Below are positions 31,316-44,350 of a stretch of DNA of 64,000 bases, piece by piece (position 1 is the stretch's first letter; every line of letters begins with the position of its first letter). The position numbers were made by a program, and so were the translations under genes. Source of the stretch: the human T2T-CHM13v2.0 reference genome, Homo sapiens; NCBI RefSeq assembly GCF_009914755.1, contig NC_060932.1; one strand, given 5' to 3'. The notes under the pieces were generated by a model. The model saw only the letters and a program-made list of their open reading frames with translations. It was not told where the DNA came from and did not search any database.

Positions 31316-31639
31316 TAAACTTTTTATTTTTTATTTTTAAAGATGAGGCATTGCTCTGTCTCCCAAACTGGAGTGCAGTGGCACTGTCATAGGTCATTGC
31401 AGCCTTGAACTCTTAGGCTAAAGCCATCCTACCACCTCAGCCTCCCAGGTAGCTGGGACTACAGATGCCACCATGCCCGGCTAATTTTCTTCTTCTTCTT
31501 CTTCTTCTTCTTCTTTTTTTTTTTTTTTTTGCAGAGATGGGGTTGCCCAGACCAGTCTCAAACTTCTGGTCTCACAAGATCCTCCCACCTTGGCCTCCTA
31601 AAATGCTAGGATTACAGGTGTGAGCCACCACAGCCAGCC
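31316..31639 (-). mobile_element. AluJ with a (CTT)n/T-run expansion in the central linker
   Basis: TSD AAATTTTATCTTTT; about 9 CTT units at 31489-31515. Confidence 0.9.
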
Positions 31640-31714
31640 TGAAATTTTATCTTTTGAAATTAGTATGGTGTATCATTTTTTAGAGGGTCCATTTCTACAT
31701 AACAAGGGAAATGA

Positions 31715-32068
<354 letters not shown>

Positions 32069-32301
32069 ACGTGTTTCATTTTTTAAGGCATATCTTCTAC
32101 AGAGTTATAACTGATACTAATTTGTTTTCACTGGAAACCTCTTAAGGTCTACTTTCTGAATAAATTTCAGAAATGAAAGAAGCCATTTCATAGTGGAGTT
32201 GGGAGCTCTCATGGTAGGGTCTGTGTTATAACTGAAACTTTGAAGAGTTCATTTGTGTAGATATAACCTTTGTTGAAGTAGATGATCTATTTGATGTAGA
32301 T

Positions 32302-32595
32302 GAGGAGTTGGCAAATTTTTTCTACAAAGGGCTAGATAATAAATATTTTAGGCTTTGCAGACACCTATGGTCTCTGTTCCTCTTCCTTCTCCTCCCTGTC
32401 CTCCTCCTCCCCATCCTCCTCCTCCTTTCTTTCCCTTTCCTTCTTCTCCCACTTCCCTCTCCCTCCCTGCACCCCCCCTTCTTTCTTCTTCTTTTTCCTC
32501 CTTCAGTCCATTAAAAAGGAACAAACCAATTCTTTGTATAGAAAAACAATCTGCAGACTGAATCTGGTCTACAGGGCATAGTTTGCTGACCCCTG
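32302..32595 (+). mobile_element. MER58 (hAT-Charlie MITE, MER58C-like) with an internal CT-rich expansion
   Basis: Terminal inverted repeats GAGGAGTTGGCAAA / TTTGCTGACCCCTG. 8-bp TSD A(T/G)GTAGAT. Confidence 0.82.
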
Positions 32596-32771
32596 AGGTA
32601 GATTATTATATTAGCCAGAGTAGGGTGACAACAATAACAACTCTAAAACTCTGAAGTCTCTGTGGCTTAATATGTTTATTATTTATTTTACACGTATGCA
32701 GTTCAGGTGGCCCTCCTTCATCTTACAGACCTACTAGATCCTTATCAGCTGTCCTCGAACTTCCTGCAGAA

Positions 32772-32850
32772 CAGGGCTGGCACCAGGGTGAGGCAAGTGA
32801 GCTCTTTAGGGCACGGAATCCAAGGAGGTCCTGACTCTTAGGTTCAGCAG
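32772..32850. mobile_element. Short hAT MITE fragment (MER81/MER45-like)
   Basis: CAGGGCTGGCACCAGGGTGAGGCAAGTGAG..TAGGGCAC..AAGGAGG. Confidence 0.4.
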
Positions 32851-32904
32851 GGTCTGCCTCTGAAGGGGAAGAAAGAGCTGGGGGATCACAAGGCATTCTT
32901 TGAA

Positions 32905-34960
32905 AAATATTTTTTAGAATAGTCTTAGAATTACAGAAAAGTTGAGGAGACAGTACAGAGAATCCCCATAAATCTGCACCTAGGTTCCCCTATTATTAAC
33001 ATCTTATATAGGTTTGGTGCATTTATTACCATTAATGAATGAATATCGCTACATTAACATTAGCCAAAGTCTATACTTTTTCAGATTTCCTTAGTTTCTA
33101 CAAGGTGTCCTTTTTTAAAAAAAAAAATTTCAGGGTCGCATCTGGGACACCACATAACATTTAGCTGCCTCGTTTCCTTAACCTCCTCTTGGCTGTGACA
33201 GTTTCTCAGAGTTTCCTCATGTTAGATGACCTTGACAGTTTTGAGGAGTACTGGTCAGGCATTTTGCAGGATCCCCTTCTCTTGGAACTTGTCTTGTGTT
33301 TTTCTTACAGTTCAGCCATTTTTGTGTGTTTTGGGGAGGAAGACCACAGAGGTGAGGTGCCATTTTCCTCACGTCATATCAAAGGTGCACATCATCAACA
33401 TGATTTATTGCTGTTGATGTTGACCTTGATCCCTGAGCTGAAGTAGTATTCATTACCCTCTTCCCGTCTTCCCATACTGGACTCTTTGGAAAGAATAATT
33501 AAGCATAACTTGTACCTAGGTAGTAGGCAATAGCTACATAAGTTATTTGAAATTCTTTTGAATGGGAGGCCTGATTCTTGTTTCCCATTTATTTTCTTAT
33601 TTTATTTTAAATTGATAAATAATAATGATATATATTTATGAAGTACAATGTGATGTTTCAATACATGGATACATTGTAAAATGATTAAATCTGGGTAATT
33701 AGCATATCCATTACCTCAACTATCATTTCTTTGTTGTGAGAACAATTAAAATCCTCTTTCAGCTATTTAGAAATATACAATACATTCTTATTAACTATAA
33801 TCGTCTCCCTGTGCAACAGAACAGCAGAACTGATTCCTCCTATCTAACTGTAACTTTGTACCCATTGATCAATGTCTTCCCTTTCCCTGTACACCTCTGC
33901 ACTCACCGGACTCTGGTAACCACCATTCTACTCTCTACTTCTATAAGTATGACTTTTGTAGATTCCATGTATAAGCGAGACCATATGATATTTGTCCCTC
34001 TATACTGGGCTTATTTTACTCAATGTAATATCCTCTAGGTGCATTCATGTTGTCACAAATGACAAACTTGTCTGTGTATTTTAAGGCTGAATAGTATTTC
34101 ATTGTGTATAGATATCACATTAAAAAATTCATCTGTTGATGGGCACTGAGTTTGTTTCCACTTCTTGGCCATTGTGAATAATGCTGCAGTGAACATGGGC
34201 ATGCAGACATCTCTTTGGCACACTGACTTCAATTCCTTTGGGTATGTACCCCACAGTGGAATTGCTGAATCATATAGTGGTTCTACTTTTAATTTTTTGA
34301 GGAACATCCATACTGTTTTCCAAAATTGCTATACTAATTTATATTCCCACCAAAAGTGTTTAAGGGATCCCTTTTCTGCACAGCCTCTGCTACACTTATC
34401 TTTCAACTTTTTGATAATAGCCATTCTCACAAGTCTCACTATAGTTTTAATTTGCATTTATCTGATTATTACAAATCTTGAGCATTTTTTATATTATCTA
34501 TGTCTTCTTTTGAGAAATGTCTCTTCAAGTCCTTTGCCCATTTTTAAATAGGGTTATTTATTTTCCTATTATGAAGGCAGTATGAATTCCTTATATATTT
34601 TGGACATTAGCCCCTTTATCTGATGTATGGTTTGAAAATATCCCATTTATTAATTTATTTATATTAGTATGGGCTCTTGGATATTTATTTTATACTTTGG
34701 ATTATAATTCAGTACCTTATTTTGTGGTTGAGCTGTTTAGCTTTGGCCACTGGGACTCTTTTAGCTGGCTCCTATGCTTCTTTGACATAAGTAAGCCCTT
34801 CCTTACTTTTTGGCACAAGAGGATACTTCAAGTTCATATTTTCTGCTCCAGCTTTAGAATCAGCCATTTCTCCAAAGAGCCCTGGTTCCTTCTATTGGAG
34901 AATGGTATTAGAAACCCAGATTTGGGTGTTAGGCGTGCTCATTGCTACTGGGGTATTATT
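32905..34960 (-). mobile_element. L1MC-type 3' region, split by an L1MA insertion
   Basis: TTACAGAAAAGTTG..GATGACCTTGACAGTTTTGAGGAGTACTGGTCAGG, resuming at 34641 with CAGCCATTTCTCCAAAGAGCCCTGGTTCC. Confidence 0.8.
33594..34640 (-). mobile_element. L1MA-type 3' fragment
   Basis: ORF2 C-terminal remnant ([24 protein letters not shown]). TSD TCCCATTTATT (33583-33593 / 34641-34651). Confidence 0.85.
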
Positions 34961-35019
34961 GGTTCTATCTGGGACATTTTTGGGACTTCAAAGTTTACCA
35001 CACTTTGAAGCTATTTCTA

Positions 35020-35162
35020 CACCAAACCCTCAAAAGCATCAACCTCATTTGAGAGACTGTTACAAATATATACTTTTTGGCCCCAGACCTACTGGATTAA
35101 GATCTACATTTTAACAAAATTTCCAGGTGATTTGCATGGACATTCAAATTTGAGAAGCACTG
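35020..35162. mobile_element. MER5 (hAT-Charlie) fragment
   Basis: CCCCAGACCTACTG..ATTTTAACAA..CCAGGTGATT..TTTGAGAAGCACTG. Confidence 0.7.
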
Positions 35163-35369
35163 ACTGGAACTTAGTCCCCCAATTACTAGGGAAGCTAGAA
35201 ATGTGTGCTCAGAAAGAGGAAATAATGCGGAGGGCATACGATGTTGTCTCTGCCACATCTATGCCCTCGAGTATTTGCTGACAATTGCCGATTTGTTTAG
35301 ATAACTTATGCTTAAAGCAACTGTTTTATTTTTGTTCCTGCTCTTTCATTATATTATTTTTTACATAAA

Positions 35370-36120
35370 ATATTCATTCATTTATTCAAATAATTATTCA
35401 TTGTATTAGTCTGTTTTCACACTGCTATCAAGGACTTGTCTGAGACTGGGTAATTTATAAAGGAAAGAGGTTTAATTGACTCACAGTTCCACATGAATGG
35501 GGAGGCCTCAGGAAACTTACAATCATGGGAGAAGGGGAAGCAGGCACCTTCTTCACAAAGTGGCCGGAGAGAGAGAAAGAAAGTGCATGAAGGGGGAAGA
35601 GCCCCACACTTATCAAACAACCAGATCTTGTGAGAAGTCACTCGTTATCATGAGAATAACATGGGGTAAACTGCCCCCATGATCCAATCATCTTCATTCC
35701 TTGTGGGGATTACAGATCCCTCCCTTGACATGTGGGGATTACAATTCAAGATGAGATTTGGTTGGGGACACAGAACCAAACCATATCATTTGTCAAGTCA
35801 CTGCTGTGTTTCTGGCACCATTCTGAGTACTGGGGATGCAACAGGTGAACACAACGATAAACATTCCTACCTTCACAGAGTTTACAATTCATATGGGTGT
35901 GGGCACAGAAAAAATATGTGTATGTTAGATGTGATGACTGTTGTAAAAAAATAAGGCAGGTCAAGGGGTAGAGAGTAATGGAGGGGTTGGGGGTAGGTTG
36001 ATGATTTAGGTAGGATGGCAAGCGAGGGCCTGTTTGATTAGGTCATCTAAGAATGGATCTGAATAAAGTGAACACGTGAAGCCTGTCCTTATCTGGAAAC
36101 ATTCCAGGCAGAGGGGACAC
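35370..36120 (-). mobile_element. L2 relic interrupted by a MaLR LTR
   Basis: ATTCATTCATTTATTCAA...TACTGGGGATGCAACAGGTGAAC...CATTCCAGGCAGAGGG. Confidence 0.65.
35402..35788 (-). mobile_element. THE1D/MSTA-like MaLR solo LTR
   Basis: TGTATTAGTCTGTTTTCACACTGCTAT...GAGACTGGGTAATTTATAAAGGAAAGAGGTTTAATTGACTCACAG...CCAAACCATATCA. Confidence 0.9.
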
Positions 36121-36366
36121 TATACCAATGGTTCTCTTCAAAGCCAAAGAAACACATTTTGATTAAAATTTTAAATCTCAGCTCCAAAGCCAGGTGTCCA
36201 AATATCCAGGTGTCAAAGCCTTTTGGATCCTGGACTGATATTTTGTTTTTCCCCCATCTAGATTTTTGACAAGATATAGATCCTGATATGTTATTGCAAC
36301 CACTTTTGTCATCAACGTATGTTATGTAGTGGTGCTTACTTTATAGGATATAAAAGACTGTATTAT

Positions 36367-36888
36367 AGTCATTCTCAAGATTTTTTTTATCTCAAGACCC
36401 TTTTACACCCTTAAAAATTATTGAGGGCCCCAAAGAACTTTTGTTTATGTGGGTTACATCTATAGATATTTAGTACATAGAAATTAAAACTAAGAAAATT
36501 TAAGCATTTATTTGTTAATTCATTAAAAAAGAAAGTTATTATATATTAATATAAACAGCACAGTTTTTATGGAAATAAGTCTATTTTTCAAAACAAAAAC
36601 AAAATTTAGTGAAAAGAATGGCATTGTTGCATTTTGGCACATCTCTTTGATGCCTGCCTTAACAGAAGCCGGCTGGACTCCCATATCTGCTTCTGCACTC
36701 AATCTCTTGCATTGTCATGCAGCATCTGGAAAACTCTGATATACTTGTGAAAGCATGACAGCAAAAAGGGCAAGTAAGAGTTTAGTGTTATTACAAAAAT
36801 AGTTTTGACCTCCAGGACTTGACCTCAGTCTTGACCTCAAGGGTCTTGGGTAGCTCCAGGGATCCCTGAAGCACAGTTTGAGAACCTG
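36367..36888 (+). mobile_element. Charlie4a-like hAT DNA transposon
   Basis: TTCTCAA..GACCCTTTTACACCCTTAAAAATTATTGAGGGCCCCAAAGAACTTTTGTTTATGTGGGTTA...TTTGAGAACC. Confidence 0.78.
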
Positions 36889-36892
36889 GCCC

Positions 36893-37090
36893 TGTGGATT
36901 CCAGCTTCATTGTGCCACCTCGGGGACGTTATTTAATCTTCTGTGTCTTAACTTCTTCCTCTTTAAAATGGGGAGAAAAACAGGGCTTAACTCCTAGGGT
37001 TCATGTGAGGATCAAAGGACAATTCGTGTGAGGCATTTAGAGCTGAACCTAGTACAGAGAAAACTCCACAGTCATCAGTATAATGTTTAA
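36893..37090 (+). mobile_element. MIR SINE
   Basis: GTTATTTAATCTTCTGTGTCTT..TAAAATGGGGA..TAGGGTTCATGTGAGGATCAAA. Confidence 0.7.
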
Positions 37091-39159
37091 ACAAGCACAG
37101 AAGTTGATTATGACAATTTCTGTCCATGATAGAGTATTGTTCACATACAGGATTTAATTTTATGCTACTTCCTTGGTCAAGAATGCAATATAATCTTTTT
37201 AAAACTTATAATCTTTTAAGAAGTCATTACATTTTTTTCATATTGATAATCTCTTTGTGATCAGAACTGGGGAAAACATGTTCTTCCACTCCCCAAGTTG
37301 AAACATGCCCATGTATGACAGCTCTCCAAACATAGATCTCATTTTCTATTTACTGTTGCTGTTGGTCTGAATTCCTGAAAGTCCAAGACTTCAAGCACTG
37401 TAATAATTCCTTTGAGACCACTGACTTTTCAATGCTTTTTCATTTATAACTATTTTGCATAGTTGATCTAATTGCTATAAAAATGGTATGAATTAAAACC
37501 ACCAAGCTGATTTTTTTTTTTTCATGGTCAAGTCGCAGTGATTTTCTCTTAACTCACGGTATATGGCCTTCACATTCTGTTTTATTGCACCGTGTGAGTT
37601 AAAATGAAAAAGCTTCACATTACTTAAGTAACAGATGTACAATACATGCAAAGTTGTGCAGTCTTGTGATAACTGTCTTAAATGTAAAAGAACTTCAAAC
37701 AACAATAATGTGAGGTTAATCCAAGAAGCATTAACAGTCTCCTCCTTATCCACCCTGAAAAGGAAAGCATTTATGTAACTAATTAGTGTTCCATAGTAAA
37801 TAATCCACTGACATTTATAAGAAGCATTCCTATTAGAGTCCGGAGTAAATATTATGTTGCATGTAAAACTATAAATAGGATGAATAGTGGTACCAGGCCC
37901 AGTTTTAAAATGCTATGGAAAATAAATGAGCACTGTCTGGGTAAAATGGGTGTTCTATGTCCTCTATATACTGGTGTCCAGCTGCCCAGCTCAGGTTTCC
38001 TATAGCTGCCGTGGAAACTCGATGATTCATCTCGGTTTCCAGTATGACTCTACAAGGTGGCTAAAAAAGTGAGTGAAGTTTCTCTTGTGGAAACAAAATG
38101 TAGAGGACAAAAGAAAACAAAATTTCTAACTGACTTAGAGATGTAGATTTCACCTAGCTTTAAGTGAATGGAGAAAACAGGGTTTTCTATATCATGGAAT
38201 TTGGAGTTTCTGCCTGCAAAAGCTTAGACAATTTGAAGAAAGTTTTAATAAGGAAACCCTATGTTGCCCCAAATCATTTTATAACAAGTGATCTTTGCCT
38301 GCAAGATCTGAGTATTTGGTGGCTTTTTTTCAAAACTGCGTATCAGGTATAGAAAGAATAAAGCCCAGAGTAGAAAAGTAAACAAGAAAATGACATGTCT
38401 ACATGGAGAAAATTTTGTGAGCCCACAGATTTGGGTGAAGCATAAACCAGGTGCTCAGTTTAAGGCCTAGTTAAGAGAGAGTGAAGAGAGGAGTAGAAAG
38501 GAGAACCAGTATTTTTAGGGCTCACCCCGGCATAGCCAAAGGAGCAGCTGCCTTCCCGGGATATGAGGAGCCCAGAGATTCTCACTTGCCCCATTCCTGA
38601 AATTCCCACCATGAGAGCCACACATTCTGGTTAAATCCCTTTCGGTGGAATGATCCCATTCCTGTGTGTGACTACGTATTCATTGACTTAGTCTTTCACT
38701 CCTTGATTAAACATCTATGAATAACGGATTGGGCTACAAATACAAAGATAAAACAGAAACATAAGAAAAAGCTATAGTTCCTGTCTCAGTGAGTTTATAG
38801 TCTGTTAGAGTAGAGAGAGGAAAATAAATGACATTTTAGTGTGACAGGTGCTTTGATGGGGATAAATTCCAATAAGTGCAAGACTACAAGAGATGGGGGC
38901 CCAACCCAGGTTGGAGTATGGTTGGAGTACATCCAGGTGATCTTCCTGGAGGGATGGAGGACAGGTAAGGGGGGGAAGAGAGGAACAGAGTCCAGAGCAT
39001 GGGTCTCAGGGCTTCTCACAAACAGGGGAGGGTGGGGTAATCATGTCTATCCTCTAGTTCCATGAAAGCGGACCTTACCCAGAGTTTCCACTGCTGGATC
39101 TTACTGAGGATAGAGTGTGGTACACCCTGGATAGCAATATTTCTGCATATAGGTGATAA

Positions 39160-39550
<391 letters not shown>

Positions 39551-39580
39551 GAGCTAACACTCTTGTTTAAAGAATGAATG

Positions 39581-39700
39581 GGTACTTATGAGGTACAATT
39601 AATTCAGGTAATGGTTACCCCAAACGCCCAGACTTCAACTACACCATATATCCAGGTAACAAAAATGCACTTATACCCCCTAAACATATAAAAAAATATT
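39581..39700 (+). mobile_element. Short L1 3' end (L1MA/L1PB-like)
   Basis: GCCCAGACTTCA..ATATATCCAGGTAACAAAAATGCACTTATACCCCCTAAA plus an A tail. Confidence 0.75.
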
Positions 39701-39717
39701 TAAAAGGAATGGATGGG

Positions 39718-39925
39718 GCACAGCATGGTGAATACAGTTAATAATAGAGTATTGCACATTTCAAAATTACATTTCGAATGTTCTCACCAAAAAATGTTTT
39801 AAGTATTTGAAGTGATGAATATGTTAACTATCTTGATTTAGTTGTATTCATAAATCATAACATCACCTTGTACCCCATAAATATATACAATTATAGATGG
39901 TCAATATTCAATTAGAAAATAAAAT
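39718..39925 (+). mobile_element. Second L1MA 3' end
   Basis: CAGCATGGTGAATACAGTTAATAAT..GTGATGAATATGTTAA..GTACCCCATAAATATATACAATTAT. Confidence 0.8.
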
Positions 39926-41356
39926 TTAAACGAGTGAATGGACATGGACATCCAGAAAGAGTTCAATTTCTTTTAGAGCTCCCTTACTAAAACTGCATAG
40001 GAAATATGAATTGGACATACAGTAATTAAAAGATAACCATGGTTACTTCTTGATACCTGGAGATGTTTATATTTTAATAATCTATTTCTGTATGTTTTAA
40101 TTTTGCACACTTTGTTGCCTTAATAATTATAAAAAGAATAAAGATGCAAAAAAAAAGTGAGTATCTGCTTGTGTAATAAGTGATACTGCATTGATTTTTA
40201 TAAAGATATTACAGACAGTCCTGTTTCTGTTTCATGAGAAAATGTGAGTTTTTCATCTGCTCCCTGACTTTTCTAATTGTTGGGTCAGAATCCATTTCCC
40301 CTCAGTTTTAAGGCTGAGAACATTTTAGGGCTTTCCGCTCCTTTAACACTTTTCCATTCCTAGAATGATTGACAGACACTATTGCTGGGCTAACTGCATT
40401 CTTTTTTAAAACATTCCCCCATCAAACACAGGACATCTGTAGGTCTTAGGATAATATTAGACCCATAATGTTAGATACTATATTTTGCTAATATGATATC
40501 TTCAATGTGAAGTATGCATCTGTCCATCCATCCATCCATTCATTCATTTATATTATGTGCTTTATGGGGTCTAAATAGTTTAATAAGAGATACCAACAAG
40601 TAAGCAGACCAGAGTCACCAATGTTGTAGTGCTCTGGGAGCATACTATAATAGCTATTTGGCTAAGATGGAATTAATTCAAACTTAGCAGAATGAAGAAA
40701 ATGAAAATTTAAAATATTTATCATACATAATGGTTATATTTTAAAATTTCTATTTAAAACTAAAATCATTTGAAGATTTTTGACAAGACAAGATAGCTGA
40801 TGGCCTAAGTTATTAAATAGCCCTGCTGCAGATCATGTTACCTACATGGACCTGTGCTTTGAGGACGTGCTCCAGAATTGCACATTAGATAAGGCAAAAT
40901 AGTACCCTAGGTGGTAGAAAACCAAGCAAAGAAACACAGTCTCTGAAATAGTTCCTTCTGATTCGGGTGAAACCCTTAGACTGGGGTGAAAAAAATCAGA
41001 TGCTCAGCTTAAGACGTAATTAGGGAGGGAAGAGGTGCATGGCAATGTCTGCTGATCACACTCACACAGTTACAAAGGGCTTCCGCTGCTCCTCGTGGAT
41101 GGTAGTTTTTCATTGTGTGCCAAAGCCCTTCCCCATGAGCCGGTTGCTATGAAAATCCCCCAGAGGGAGGAGCTTCCTGTTCAGCTGTGCCTCTACCACC
41201 CTTAAGGAAATGGAAGGGAGGCTGCATCCACTATTAATGACATCAATTGATATTCCCATACTACCAATAGGCTTAGAAGAAAGAATATCAAGGTGACAGC
41301 AAAGTCATGATAAATGGTCCTTTGCTGGATGACCGGCTCCGAAACTTTCTTCTAGG

Positions 41357-41538
41357 TTAGCCCGGCATGGTGGTGTGCACCTGTATTCCCAGCTACTCAG
41401 GAGGCTGAGGTGGGAGGATCACTTGAGCCCAGGAAGTCAAGGCTGCAGTAAGCTGTGATTGAGCCACTGTACTCCAGCCTAGGCAACAGAGCAAGACCCT
41501 GTCACAAAAACAAAAACAAAAACTAAACAAAAGCTAAA
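41357..41538 (+). mobile_element. AluJ right arm/FRAM
   Basis: Single monomer with an (AAAAAC)n tail; flanks AAACTTTCTTCTAGG / AAACTTTTTATAGG. Confidence 0.88.
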
Positions 41539-42349
41539 ACTTTTTTATAGGGTTAATACGCCCTTCGGGCTGAGGCCACCTGCGTCTGTTGTTGCTCTCA
41601 CATGGAATCTTCCTGGGATGTGGAGAAGGCTGAATGTGGTCAGCTGCAGAGGCCCGGGGCAGGATGCCCTTGGGAATCCCTGTACCGTGGAGTCCATGTC
41701 TATAATTAACTCTTCGCATTAGGAGCAGATGGGACTGGGCAGGGCTGATACTCATACACCCAGTAAACCTTCTCTGAGCAGAGGACCAGCCTTTAATTCC
41801 CTGAAGCCACATTGGCACATAGCATCTCTCTGAGGTTGTTCAAGTTTCTGGCTATTGAGGAGTTCCATTCCTTTTGTGGTTCCTGTTGTCTAATTAAGTA
41901 GATGTACTTGGAGGTGGGTGGTCTTGGTGATGGGTTGGGCAGATACAGACTTGCAAGTAGGAATATTCAAGGTTATTCTCCACCTGGTGGTTATGATGAA
42001 TGTCACACCCAACCAAGGCCAGGGAGGGGCATGATGGCTGAGACAGTGGCTGGGGAGGCCACTTAGTGTCCTGTTGTGAGCTTGACCCTGGCTCACCAGC
42101 TGTTCTGTTAACCACTGCTATGCTGCCATTCCAGGCCCCCTCTGGACTGCTCCAGCCAGAAGGGAGGTGAGGATGGGCGCATTTGCTGGAGATCCCTGAC
42201 CCAGTCATCTCTTTCTTTGGGATGAATAATGGAGGACAGCACCTCTTGCCTCCAGAGGATTCTTGACAACAAAACCCAGATTTCTTGTCTACACACTGCG
42301 TCTCCTGCTGACTTCTCTGAGGTCCAACACACTGTATTCCCTGCTGATC

Positions 42350-42792
42350 CCTCTTCTCTTTGCTTAATTCATGCCAGCCCTGCTGGTCCCTGGGCTGATC
42401 CTAGAACACACAGGTGGAATCCTGCCTGTAGGCATTTGTGCCTGCTTTTCCCTCTGCCTGGGGTTGTTTTCATGCCTTGCCCATTCAAGGGCTTCTTGCA
42501 AGTATCTGCTCAACTGTTGCCTTATCAGAGACCACTCTATTTAAAATACTACCTTCCTGCCTCCCCTTCCTCCCCAGCTGAGTCTCTACCCCTTTCCTGG
42601 CTTTGTTTCTTTTCTTAGCACTTCCCACCAACTGACTTATGTTGTGTGTTTGATGTGACATGCTGAGTGTACGTCTCCCATCACCCAAATGCAAGCTCCT
42701 TGAGAGCAGCGACGTGGTATTTCCAATGCCTGGAACAGTACGTGGCACCTGATGAGTACAGTCAAAGGTATTTCGGAATGTTTGCTGAGTGG
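42350..42792 (+). mobile_element. L2 3' region
   Basis: AATGCAAGCTCCTTGAGAGCAG..GCCTGGAACAGTACGTGGCAC..TTTGCTGAGTG. Confidence 0.7.
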
Positions 42793-42979
42793 GTAAGGGC
42801 AATTTTCCTTAAAAAGTCCTCTTCCTCTAACCTTCACTGTCTCTGCTTGTTTACCTTTTATTCATTTAGTAATTCATGGCAATGAAGCTTCACCCTTGGC
42901 AGGACCATGTCCTCTTACACTCTTACAGTTCTTTTTAGTTCCTATTCGACTTCACCTTTCTGAAGCAATTTATGCTAGG

Positions 42980-43222
42980 GAAACAGTATTGTGGGCTTTG
43001 GAGCCAGAAAGGTCTGGCCTTGAATTCTGTTTCACCCCTTAGTAGCTATGTGATTCTGGGCATGTTATTTCACCTTTCTTGGTTACCATTTCCATGTTAG
43101 TTACATCAGAATATTAATATCTCATTCATGAGATTTTCCCAGGAACATGAAGTGAGGGACATGTGTAAAACTCCGGGTACAAGACTGAGTACATAATCAG
43201 AGTTCAATAAATGTTAGCTCCG
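42980..43222 (+). mobile_element. MIR SINE
   Basis: GGCTTTGGAGCCAGA..TAGCTATGTGATTCTGGGCA..TCAATAAATGTTAGCT. Confidence 0.8.
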
Positions 43223-43329
43223 TTGCTTTCTTCCCTTTTCTATTCCACTTTATTGTGACTCCACTTTCTTCTCTATTATGTTACCTCTCTCGTCACTTCT
43301 TTGTGTCCCTTGCACACTTTTCTTTTTTC

Positions 43330-44350
43330 CTTCTCCCCACCTTCTGAACTATTATGTTTCCCCAAATCTGTCCTCAGCCTTGCTCTTTTTCTGCTAATGT
43401 GTGCTCCCTGGGTTAGCTCGTCCACACCTGTGACTCCAATTAGCATCTATCAATGATTCCAAAGTCCGCAGGCCCATCCCAGGCCTCTCTCCTGGGCTTC
43501 CAGCTCATACTTCCTAGTGCTGACATCTCCATGCACATGTCCCATGGGCTTCTCCACTTCAGTGTGTCCCGACTCTACTCATTCACTTCCCTCCAACCTC
43601 TCCTCTGTCCTAGAGCATGGTCCCATCTTCCCAGTTGCTCATTGGAAATTTGAGTCAGTTTTTACTGTTCTCTCTCCTGTGTCTCATATCACAAAGCCCA
43701 ATAATTTCTAATTGCCAAATATACTTTAAACATTTTCACCTTATTTGCTGCTTCCTTAATTCAATCTCTAATCTTTTCTCACCTATGTGACTGCTGTTGT
43801 TTTTAACTATGCTCCCCATTCAATGTGTTCTCTCTTAAATAACCTTCCTATGATTATATCACTTCCACTTAAAAAACAAGATAATTCAATGGTTGTCTGT
43901 TATCTTTGGGATTGAGTTAAAACTCTTTAGCCTAACAAACAAGACTTTTCATGAACTGACCCCATTCCCAGCTACACTTGCAGTTCCCCCAACATGCTGA
44001 GCTATTACAAGCCCCCCAACTTTGCCCAAGCTGTTCCTGTTGCGTGGAACACCCTCCTCTTCCCCTTGTCTATTTGGCAATCTCTGCTTAAGCCTTGCAG
44101 TACTCAGTTGCATCACCTCCTCTTTGAATCTTTGCTGCACTTTCTAAGCTGGGGCAAGTGCCTGCCTTGGAAGTCCTTCCCCATCCCTTGTATTCCCATT
44201 ATATGACTTACCTCACTCCACTGTAACCTACTGATTTTCCTGTTTCATGTGCAGTCCCACAGGCTGGAATGTCACGGAGCCACTCACCTCTGATTCCCCA
44301 GCATTTAGCACATCTGGCCCTCAATAGATAATGGTTGGCTGAATGAAGAG
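43330..44350 (+). mobile_element. L2 relic
   Basis: CTGACATCTCCA..ATGTCCCA; GCTGTTCCTGTTGCGTGGAACACCC; ends TTGGCTGAATGAA. Confidence 0.65.

Larger units (their letters stand above)
32609..35257 (-). mobile_element. Fragmented MLT1 (MaLR) LTR hosting nested elements
   Basis: The left piece has TCTCTGTGGCTTAA and the right piece ends GGGAAGCTAGAAATGT...TCTCTGCCACA. Confidence 0.45.
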
